Notes: a model not told the origin generated them from the sequence alone. A stretch of DNA of 24,000 nucleotides from Methanofollis liminatans DSM 4140 (GCF_000275865.1 NZ_CM001555.1:1676967-1700966), one strand, 5' to 3'. Positions 1 to 5,867 are shown, counted from the first letter of the stretch. A program made the numbers and translations.

Positions 1-38
1 CGGAGATGAACGATGATCCCCTCTTCATCCTGGAACAT
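1..38 (-). CDS. Possible 5' end of a HEPN/DUF86-type toxin gene, truncated by the window edge
   Basis: An ATG at 38..36 overlaps the TGA stop (40..38) of the upstream MNT gene in a TGATG junction and reads MFQDEEGIIVHL to the window edge. Only 12 codons are visible. The partner identity is inferred from the usual MNT-then-HEPN gene order. Confidence 0.25.
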   Translation of the reverse strand, partial: MFQDEEGIIVHL

Positions 39-511
39 CACGGCGATCCCCCCAGGTACCGCCGGTTGAACCAGACCAGCGTCTCTCGATAGTCCTGCCA
101 GGCCGAGATCAGACCCGCTTCATACCTGACCCGTGCAGCAGGCTCACGCACGTACACCGCACGCCCGGTCCTGATCACCTCATAGGCGAACGAGACCGGG
201 GCATCGTTGAGGACCCGGCACTCGACGACGCAGAGGTAGCCGATCGCCCGCTCGATCTCCCCTTCGATGCGCCGGGCGACCTTCATCGCCTCATACGGGG
301 AGAACGACCCGGAAAGGAGAACTGCGCAGTCGAGGTCATGAAACGGCCCCCGGAGAAATGACCCGAAGACATACCCGAGAGAGACTGCCGGGAACCGACC
401 CATGACAAACCCGATCTCCCGGAGAAGGCGAGCCCTCTCCTCCCGGTCGAGGAGATGGAGGCGGCCGGTTTCCGGCCCGAAGAGATCTGCTCCAGGGCTG
501 TCCATCGTCAT
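38..511 (-). CDS. Minimal nucleotidyltransferase (MNT) domain protein, likely antitoxin of a HEPN-MNT module
   Basis: 157-aa ORF carrying the nucleotidyltransferase signature GS-x(n)-D-x-D (YVFGSFLRGPFHDLDCAVLL). GC3 is high. The start could be an internal Met (MGRFP...). Confidence 0.8.
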   Translation of the reverse strand: MTMDSPGADLFGPETGRLHLLDREERARLLREIGFVMGRFPAVSLGYVFGSFLRGPFHDLDCAVLLSGSFSPYEAMKVARRIEGEIERAIGYLCVVECRVLNDAPVSFAYEVIRTGRAVYVREPAARVRYEAGLISAWQDYRETLVWFNRRYLGGSP

Positions 512-585
512 CGTTCCGGGTACTCTTCTGTTCGAGATAATAAATGTGACCCGGAGAGAAGCATGGAACGAAGATACCTACCGGT

Positions 586-804
586 ATGACGAACGCCGCA
601 CGTCGTCGCCCTCCCCTCCTGCGCTACGCACTACAGTCCCCCCCCCTCCACGGCCCCGCGGGGGTGTGCATACCGGTCGGGGTGCCGCTCGTCTTCGCCG
701 CGGCGTGGTCTGTGTGGCGGGGGGAGGACGGCGATCCGCCAGACCCTGACAGCCCGGAGGCCGATCAGATCGATGCAACCGGAGACGACGAATCACGCCT
801 GTAA
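586..804 (+). CDS. Hypothetical small protein with one predicted TM segment
   Basis: 72-aa ORF with a basic N-terminus, a hydrophobic stretch (GVCIPVGVPLVFAAAWSVW) and an acidic tail. GC3 is about 76% by hand count. I recognise no family, and in a high-GC genome an ORF of this length could arise by chance. Confidence 0.25.
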   Translation: MTNAARRRPPLLRYALQSPPLHGPAGVCIPVGVPLVFAAAWSVWRGEDGDPPDPDSPEADQIDATGDDESRL

Positions 805-885
805 CCCCGGCAAAGATAGGAAAGGTTTTCCTCGCGGCCATGTCCATTCAGGGCAGCCGGGGATCTGGCAGCCCCATGCCATATA

Positions 886-922
886 CCATGGCCATGCTTT
901 TATGTCCCATAACTGGCCATAG
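886..922 (+). promoter_or_regulatory. Candidate relBE promoter/operator: TATA-like GCTTTTATG flanked by two TGGCCAT palindromic sites
   Basis: ATGGCCAT lies at 888..895 and TGGCCAT at 914..920, bracketing CTTTTATG (897..904). The TATA centre is about 27 nt upstream of the ATG at 929, which is leaderless geometry. Confidence 0.35.
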
Positions 923-928
923 ACTATT

Positions 929-1168
929 ATGCAAGAGGAGACGACCACGATCGAAATCGCCAGATCCGACCGGGACCGCTTGAACCACCTCCGTCTCTAC
1001 CCCAGAGAACCATATCGATCCATCGTACGCCGGCTGCTGGAACAGAGCGAGGATACCGAACCGCTGAGCCCAGAGACGATCGCCGAGATCCAGGCGTCGC
1101 TTGACGAGATCAAGCGAGGCGAGTTTGTAACACATGAAGCGCTGAAACGGGATCTGGGGATCGAGTGA
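929..1168 (+). CDS. RelB-like (ribbon-helix-helix type) antitoxin
   Basis: 79-aa ORF. Its stop overlaps the GTG of the downstream RelE-family gene (GTGA at 1165..1168). The N-terminal region looks RHH-like (TTIEIARSDRDRLNHLRL) and the C-terminal tail is acidic. The assignment rests mainly on this pairing. Confidence 0.7.
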   Translation: MQEETTTIEIARSDRDRLNHLRLYPREPYRSIVRRLLEQSEDTEPLSPETIAEIQASLDEIKRGEFVTHEALKRDLGIE

Positions 1169-1428
1169 GATACTCGCTCATCTACTCGAAAAGAGTCCAG
1201 CGCACGATCAAGCATCTCCCGAAGGAAACTGCCACACGCATCATCGGGGCGCTCGAACTGCTGGCGGAAGAAGAATACCCTCACCTCAAGGTGAAGCGCC
1301 TGACGGATTCGCCGCTCTTCTCCCTGAGGGTAGGAGCGTACCGGGTGATCCTGGCGTTTGAGCATCAGCAACTCGTGATCATGGCACTCGATCTCGACCA
1401 CCGAAAAAATGTCTATGATCGCCTGTGA
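1165..1428 (+). CDS. RelE/ParE-family type II toxin
   Basis: 87-aa ORF with the family-typical pattern: an N-terminal Y-x-I-x-YS..V.R.IKHLPK and a C-terminal LRVGAYRVILAFEHQQLVIMALDLDHRKNVY. It has a 4-nt overlap with the antitoxin gene. Confidence 0.85.
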   Translation: MRYSLIYSKRVQRTIKHLPKETATRIIGALELLAEEEYPHLKVKRLTDSPLFSLRVGAYRVILAFEHQQLVIMALDLDHRKNVYDRL

Positions 1429-1450
1429 AATTCCCGTCTTCGTTGACGAT

Positions 1451-1608
1451 TCAAAGCGTCCGATCGCGAGAGAGCACTTCCTCTCCGCCGTAACCCCGCC
1501 GACCCGTCCCAGACCCGCACACAAAGGAGATCGGTGTGGACCTGTTGATGCGGATCTTGAAGCAGGCCGGGATCTCGCGGGAAGAATGGGTATTGTCGGA
1601 GGAGAGGT
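1451..1608 (+). pseudogene. Decayed hicA-like toxin fragment (frameshifted, N-terminally truncated)
   Basis: Frame 3 reads PVPDPHTKEIGVDLLMRILKQAGISREEWVLSEER*. This parallels the intact HicA at 2109 (VVPVHEGEEIGRGLLRTIIREAGLTKDQFLQIL). Frame 2 upstream reads RPIAREHFLSAV, compared with EPIRQRGSHVILKH in the intact copy. There is no full-length ORF and a frame change near 1500. Confidence 0.45.
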
Positions 1609-1794
1609 AACAACCCCGAAATACCCTGGAGTGCGATGGTCGGCATGAGAAACCGGTTGATCCACGGATATTTCGACGTGAACTACGATATCTTCCGGGA
1701 CACCGTAAAATCCGACCTCCCACCCGTGATAGATGATCTTGAGCATCTGGTGGCCGCCAGGAGGTCCGGGAGCGAAGGGGATCGGGCGTCGTGA
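1609..1794 (+). pseudogene. C-terminal fragment of a HEPN (DUF86) toxin
   Basis: Reads NNPEIPWSAMVGMRNRLIHGYFDVNYDIFRDTVKSDLPPVIDDLEHLV, i.e. the HEPN R-x4-H catalytic motif (RNRLIH) with its flanking helices. The roughly 60 N-terminal residues expected for DUF86 proteins are absent. Confidence 0.6.
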
Positions 1795-1915
1795 TCAACG
1801 ACGACAGTCACGGCATCGCCTGCAGATCTCCGGCCTCATCGGCGGCCGCTGAGCAACGCGGCCCTGACCATACTGTTATAAGAGAACATATCGATGAACC
1901 TTACGTGAACGATCC

Positions 1916-2131
1916 ATGAAGCTCGGTGTTGTGATCGAAAAAGACGAAGACGGCTATTATGTCGGAAACGTTCCCACTCTGCCGGGATGTCACACACAGG
2001 CGAAAAGCATCGACGAACTGATGGAACGGATAAAAGAGGCGATCGCCCTCTATATCGAGGTGAGCGGCATAGATATCGGCGAACACCGGGAGTTCATCGG
2101 GGTGCAATTTGTCGAAGTTGAGGGCTGCTGA
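1916..2131 (+). CDS. hicB: HicB-family (UPF0150) antitoxin
   Basis: 71-aa ORF. MKLGVVIEKDEDGYYVGNVPTLPGCHTQAKSIDELMERIKEAIALYIE is the typical HicB N-terminal domain pattern. It overlaps the hicA start. A TATA-like TGTTATAAGA sits about 35 nt upstream. Confidence 0.85.
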   Translation: MKLGVVIEKDEDGYYVGNVPTLPGCHTQAKSIDELMERIKEAIALYIEVSGIDIGEHREFIGVQFVEVEGC

Positions 2132-2345
2132 TGGCAAAACAGTCGTTCGGGCCCTCCAGCACATAGGTTTTGAACCGATCAGACAGCGAGGCAGCCACGT
2201 CATCCTCAAGCACCCCGATGGAAGGATGACCGTCGTTCCGGTCCATGAAGGAGAGGAGATAGGCAGAGGACTTCTTCGAACAATCATCAGAGAGGCCGGC
2301 CTGACGAAAGACCAGTTCCTGCAGATCCTGGATGAAATATCGTAA
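2109..2345 (+). CDS. hicA: HicA-family mRNA interferase toxin
   Basis: 78-aa ORF with a TTG start. GKTVVRALQHIGFEPIRQRGSHVILKHPDGRMTVVPVH matches the HicA/YcfA pattern, including the GSH motif. Confidence 0.85.
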   Translation: MSKLRAADGKTVVRALQHIGFEPIRQRGSHVILKHPDGRMTVVPVHEGEEIGRGLLRTIIREAGLTKDQFLQILDEIS

Positions 2346-2378
2346 ATGAGGCATGATAGCGCGTAGCGGGGAACAACG

Positions 2379-2573
2379 ATGTCTGACATCAAGCGCCGGT
2401 ACGTGATCGCCGAAGACAACACCCCGGTCGGCGTCATCATCGACATCGCGACCTTTGAACGGATCGAATCTATTCTCGAAGACTACGGTCTTGCACAGTT
2501 CATCAATGAAGCCGACGACGAAGAGCCCCTCGACCGTGCAGGGGCACAGAAAAAGATACGTGGACCAGGCTGA
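2379..2573 (+). CDS. Phd/YefM- or RelB-like antitoxin, apparently orphan
   Basis: 64-aa ORF. PVGVIIDIATFERIESILEDYGL followed by an acidic tail resembles small antitoxins. No toxin ORF follows before the pilin-like gene. Confidence 0.5.
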   Translation: MSDIKRRYVIAEDNTPVGVIIDIATFERIESILEDYGLAQFINEADDEEPLDRAGAQKKIRGPG

Positions 2574-2637
2574 AACGGCCCCTCTTATGGACGCAGATCG
2601 ACACCTATAGATACGCCCTCCCACCAGAAAACTGCAG

Positions 2638-3027
2638 ATGAACCGGCACCACCCTGAAGAAGCGGTCTCCCATGTCCTCGGCGTCGCCCTGATGGTCGCC
2701 CTCGCCGTCATCCTCGCCGCCGTCACCGCCAGCTTCGTCCTGAGCATGACCGGCGGCCTCCAGACGATGAAGTTCGTGAGCGTCGTCGGCGAGAAAAACG
2801 ACGACGGGACGGCGACCTTCACCATCCAGGGCGGGGAGGACCTCAAGACCGTCACCGGGATCGCTCTCGTCTACCAGGACGGCACGGTCGAGCACCACTT
2901 CTTCGGCGCCTCGCCCTCGGCCGGCGCCACCAACACATCAACGAGCAGCGTCGCCGGGCAGCGGATCGTGCTCGCGGCCTCGTTCACCGACGGGACGCAG
3001 ATGATGATCCTGGAAAAACAATTCTGA
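2638..3027 (+). CDS. Archaeal type IV pilin-like protein (class III signal peptide, DUF1628-type N-terminus)
   Basis: The N-terminus EEAVSHVLGVALMVALAVILAAVTASFVL matches the archaeal prepilin/archaellin-like signal (E-x-AVS-x-V-I/L-G followed by a hydrophobic helix). A TATA-like CTATAGATAC sits about 30 nt upstream of the ATG. Confidence 0.75.
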   Translation: MNRHHPEEAVSHVLGVALMVALAVILAAVTASFVLSMTGGLQTMKFVSVVGEKNDDGTATFTIQGGEDLKTVTGIALVYQDGTVEHHFFGASPSAGATNTSTSSVAGQRIVLAASFTDGTQMMILEKQF

Positions 3028-3034
3028 TCTCTTT

Positions 3035-3367
3035 TCACCGCTCACCGCAGCAGGAGGGCTCCTCCTGGCCGCCGCCGCAGCACGACCCATCCCCGCACCC
3101 GCAGACACCGCTGTCCATATCCTTCCCCCGCAGGGCCGCCCCGATCATCGCCCAGGCGCACCCGACCCCGCTCTCCACCTCGATCGCCTGCACCGGGCAG
3201 TTCCGGGCGCACGCCCCGCACTCCATGCACCTCTCCGGGCTGACGCACGCTACGCGGCGGTCGCCGGCTGCAAAGACGCCATGGGGGCAGACCTCAATGC
3301 ACCGCCGGCAGTTGAAGCAGCGCTCAGGGTGGTACCTGAGAGTATTCTCTCCGTACGAGTAGAACAC
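3035..3367 (-). CDS. hgcB: HgcB, 2x[4Fe-4S] ferredoxin of the mercury methylation pair
   Basis: Two CX2CX2CX3CP motifs (CFNCRRCIEVCP and CMECGACARNCP) include the HgcB-typical CMECGAC. The C-terminal tail is Cys-rich and includes CC pairs. The GTG start directly abuts the hgcA stop. Confidence 0.85.
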   Translation of the reverse strand: MFYSYGENTLRYHPERCFNCRRCIEVCPHGVFAAGDRRVACVSPERCMECGACARNCPVQAIEVESGVGCAWAMIGAALRGKDMDSGVCGCGDGSCCGGGQEEPSCCGER

Positions 3368-4396
3368 TCAGATCGCCCCCGTCAGGCGGGCGGCGGCCAG
3401 CAGCAGGACCAGGACGACGCCAGAGAGCGCCATCGCCGCCATGACCGGCACGTACCTGAAGATCTCCCGTTTCACGCCGGTCCGCGAGGTGAACGGCGTC
3501 GATCCCGTGAAGTTGAGGGCGAGGTATGCGGTCACGGCCGGCATGAGGAGCAGGGGCGCAAGGGCCGCCCACCCGGGCAGGGCCGGGTCGCCGGAGACGG
3601 CCCACGCAAAGGGCAGGGCGACGACACCGCCCAGAACGAGCCCTTTCGTGCTGAAGTCCCGGGTCGGGATGAAGGGCAGCAGGGCCGGGAAGAGCACCGT
3701 CCCGGCGAGGACGGCGGCGAGCGCTCCAAGCGCCGCCGGCAGCCCCGCGAGGAGATAGAGGAGGACGGCGCCGGCGAGGGTGGGCAGCGCCGCATGGACC
3801 AGTTCCATCGGCGTCAGCACGATGCGGTCGGCGAACGGGAAGCGGACGCAGCGCATCTCGGGGGTCGCCGTTCCCGCAGCCAGGAACGCAGGGAGATCGG
3901 CGGCCCGGACCGGCCCATAGGTCACCCGGAAACCTGAGCGCCGCAGCACCTCGTGGGCCGAGACCCCGGGGGCGCCGAGCTGCGGAAGAATGAGCGTCCG
4001 GTGCTCCACCACCGACGAAAGCCCGGTGCGTGCAATCTGCCCGACCACCTCGTCGGTCCCGAACGTCCCCTTGCCCGCGGCGCACCAGACATTGATCCCG
4101 CGGGTGTCCAGCACCAGGATATACCCGTCATGGCCGGCGAGGGCAGACCTCAGGGCGTCAAAACTCAGGGTATAGTTCGCCGAGACAAAGACCGGCGACG
4201 CCGGCGTGGGGCGGCCGAGGCTGTACAGCCCGGGCTCCACCCGGTGACCCATCCGGTCCACGCCCCAGCGCGCCAGGACGTGATCGAGGCGGTGGGCGAG
4301 CGTGATCAGGCTGTCCGTCGTCCTGACCTCCGGGACCCCCTGCGTGCAGTCGCACGGGGCGCTTTCCGGGCAGCAATCGCAATCCGTCTGCGCCAC
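3368..4396 (-). CDS. hgcA: HgcA, corrinoid membrane protein of the mercury methylation pair
   Basis: Carries the cap-helix signature GINVWCAAGKGTFGT (N-V-W-C-A-A-G-K) in a CFeSP-like corrinoid domain, followed by four to five hydrophobic helices. GTG start at 4396. Confidence 0.9.
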   Translation of the reverse strand: MAQTDCDCCPESAPCDCTQGVPEVRTTDSLITLAHRLDHVLARWGVDRMGHRVEPGLYSLGRPTPASPVFVSANYTLSFDALRSALAGHDGYILVLDTRGINVWCAAGKGTFGTDEVVGQIARTGLSSVVEHRTLILPQLGAPGVSAHEVLRRSGFRVTYGPVRAADLPAFLAAGTATPEMRCVRFPFADRIVLTPMELVHAALPTLAGAVLLYLLAGLPAALGALAAVLAGTVLFPALLPFIPTRDFSTKGLVLGGVVALPFAWAVSGDPALPGWAALAPLLLMPAVTAYLALNFTGSTPFTSRTGVKREIFRYVPVMAAMALSGVVLVLLLAAARLTGAI

Positions 4397-4400
4397 CCCC

Positions 4401-4697
4401 TCACTCCGGCCCGTCCACCAGCGGCCCGAGAACCTGCTTCACCATGCCGCTCAGGCGCCCGGTCTTCATCAGCGCCAGGCAGCAGACCTCCCCGTCCCGT
4501 TCCCAGGAGATCAGGGCGAGTTTATCGCCGGGCCTGATCCCCGCCTTCTCGCGCACGTCTTTGGGGAGCACCATCTGTCCCCGTTCGTCCACGCTGAGCA
4601 CCGCCTCAACCGTGCAGAGCGATTCGGCGCTGCACCTGCACGGCAGGCCGTCGGGCGAACACAATTCGTCATCAGGAGTATTTCGTGGCATGAGCAT
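4401..4697 (-). CDS. Cys-rich AbrB/MazE/SpoVT-fold DNA-binding-domain protein, first gene of the hgc operon
   Basis: The core ERGQMVLPKDVREKAGIRPGDKLALI is the swapped-hairpin AbrB/SpoVT pattern. It is preceded by C-x6-C-x-C-x5-C and followed by a vicinal CC. The stop lies 4 nt upstream of the hgcA GTG. The start is placed at ATG 4697 (MLMPRNT), because the 27 upstream codons use AT-rich codons and coincide with a tandem DNA repeat. The longer form starting at 4778 is not excluded. Confidence 0.75.
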   Translation of the reverse strand: MLMPRNTPDDELCSPDGLPCRCSAESLCTVEAVLSVDERGQMVLPKDVREKAGIRPGDKLALISWERDGEVCCLALMKTGRLSGMVKQVLGPLVDGPE

Positions 4698-4725
4698 TCC
4701 CGCAGCAACGTGGAGCGCCAGAGTA

Positions 4726-4761
4726 TTTAGAATTATCAGAATGATCAGAATAATCAGAAAG
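4726..4761. repeat. Four tandem 9-bp units in the divergent hgc promoter
   Basis: The plus strand reads TTTAGAATT ATCAGAATG ATCAGAATA ATCAGAAAG, with ATCAGAA at 4735, 4744 and 4753. On the minus strand the last unit reads TTCTAAATA, a TATA-like element about 27 nt upstream of the ATG at 4697. Confidence 0.8.
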
Positions 4762-4817
4762 CATTCCAGAACCCGCACACGGCGATCTTATCATCTCCCC
4801 GCCCCCCACGCATACGT

Positions 4818-4985
4818 ATGAAGAGCCAGGTGAAATGGGGCCTCGGGTTGATCCTCCTCGGTGCGATCCTCCTGCCCTTCGGCTTCCCGTTTCTCCTCTT
4901 CTATGCCGTCCCGCTCATCCTGATCGGCATAGCCCTCATCATCTTCCGGAACCGGGAAGACCGGATCGAGCAGGTCCAGGAGTAA
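4818..4985 (+). CDS. Small two-TM membrane protein (55 aa), not in the supplied ORF track
   Basis: Reads ATG..TAA as MKSQVKWGLGLILLGAILLPFGFPFLLFYAVPLILIGIALIIFRNREDRIEQVQE. GC3 is strongly high. It ends 5 nt before the YbjQ-family ATG, and the AGGAG preceding that ATG lies within its last codons. Confidence 0.5.
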   Translation: MKSQVKWGLGLILLGAILLPFGFPFLLFYAVPLILIGIALIIFRNREDRIEQVQE

Positions 4986-4990
4986 AAGAG

Positions 4991-5311
4991 ATGATCCTCA
5001 CCACAACAGAAACCGTACCGGGCTACACGGCCACGGTCGTCGGCATCGTCTACGGCAACACCGTCAGGTCGAAAAACATCGGCAAAGACATCATGTCCGG
5101 CCTCAAGAGCATCGTCGGCGGCGAACTCGAGGCCTACACCGAGATGCTCACCGAAGCCAGGCTGGAGGCGATCAACCGGATGGAAAACGCCGCAAAAAAG
5201 ATGGGCGCCGACGCCGTCGTCAACGTCAGGTTCACCACCTCGCAGACGGCGCCGGGGGCGGCCGAACTCCTCGCCTACGGCACGGCGGTGACGCTGGCGC
5301 CGGTCAAATAA
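4991..5311 (+). CDS. YbjQ/UPF0145-family protein (annotated in databases as a heavy-metal-binding domain)
   Basis: MILTTTETVPGY...IVGGELEAYTEML..AR..A..RM...A..MGADAVVNVRF matches the YbjQ pattern. An AGGAG sits upstream of the ATG at 4991. The Pro/Arg-rich 52-aa extension in the track ORF (from 4835) was rejected. Confidence 0.85.
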   Translation: MILTTTETVPGYTATVVGIVYGNTVRSKNIGKDIMSGLKSIVGGELEAYTEMLTEARLEAINRMENAAKKMGADAVVNVRFTTSQTAPGAAELLAYGTAVTLAPVK

Positions 5312-5867
5312 TATATTCTTCCAGCAGGGCGGCCGCCTCGCGCTCCCGCGGTCCCCCGCATTTCCGCACGATGGCAAGGTGGTGGTCGATCAGGGCCTTG
5401 AGCGCCGGATCGCCGTTCTGCACATAGCGCGTGGCATGCACCGTCGCCTCGATGATCCCGGCAAAGCCCCGGTTGTGCGCCTGCACCTTCCCGCCGGCGA
5501 TCACCCCCTCCCCCAGGGGTTCGAGGGCGACAAAATACGTCTCCGCAGTCTCGTGCCTGACCGTCGCCCTAAACGCCGCCCAGGCCTCGCAGGCGGCAAG
5601 CCGCTGCACCGCACGGCCGCCCGCCTCGATCTCGACGAACGCCTCTGGCGGCAGGTCTGCAAACGCCGTCCGCACCCAGACCGCCGGGTCATGGGTGACG
5701 TTCGCCACCACCCAGCCGTCCCGGCGGATATTCGCCTCGGTGTGCGAGCCCTTGAAGAGCACCATCGAGAGGGCGCCGTTCCGGCAGATGATCCCCATCG
5801 GGGCGGCGTTGTCCCGCGTGGTGGCGATCACCTCGTTGATCCCCTCCCTCAGCAGTCCCACTGCCAC
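5304..5867 (-). CDS. DUF447-family protein (archaeal-type C1-transfer/H4MPT-linked gene family)
   Basis: GLLREGINEVIATTRDNAAPMGII...NRGF.AIIEA.VHATR is the DUF447 pattern. The start is placed at GTG 5867 (or GTG 5861), overlapping the stop of the upstream CitG-like gene. The track extension to 5945 lies inside that gene. Confidence 0.8.
   Translation of the reverse strand: MAVGLLREGINEVIATTRDNAAPMGIICRNGALSMVLFKGSHTEANIRRDGWVVANVTHDPAVWVRTAFADLPPEAFVEIEAGGRAVQRLAACEAWAAFRATVRHETAETYFVALEPLGEGVIAGGKVQAHNRGFAGIIEATVHATRYVQNGDPALKALIDHHLAIVRKCGGPREREAAALLEEYII

Noticed and set aside
848-1746. Minus-strand ORFs 848..1135 and 997..1746 (249 aa) across the RelB/RelE region
   Set aside because: They are antisense to a well-formed antitoxin/toxin pair with 4-nt start/stop coupling. 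Their translations have no family resemblance and are Ser/Arg-rich.
3281-4537. Several plus-strand ORFs (218 aa, 105 aa, 194 aa and others) and the minus-strand alternative-frame ORF 3324..4085 across the hgcA region
   Set aside because: All are wrong-frame or antisense to hgcA/hgcB. Their compositions are Arg/Pro/Gly-rich and none carries a recognisable motif, whereas the chosen frames carry the diagnostic HgcA and HgcB signatures.
4726-4761. Checked whether the tandem repeats, or any other region, could be a CRISPR array
   Set aside because: The units are 9 bp with no spacers. I saw no 25-40 bp repeat-spacer periodicity anywhere in the window.
4835-4990. A 52-aa N-terminal extension of the YbjQ-family ORF
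   Set aside because: It is Pro/Arg-rich and overlaps the better-supported small membrane-protein ORF in another frame. The YbjQ fold begins at MILTTTE, which is preceded by AGGAG.
5304-5311. An 8-bp tail-to-tail overlap of the convergent YbjQ-family and DUF447 genes
   Set aside because: It is real in the sequence (TCAAATAA contains both stops), but short convergent overlaps are common in compact genomes. No additional structure is visible.
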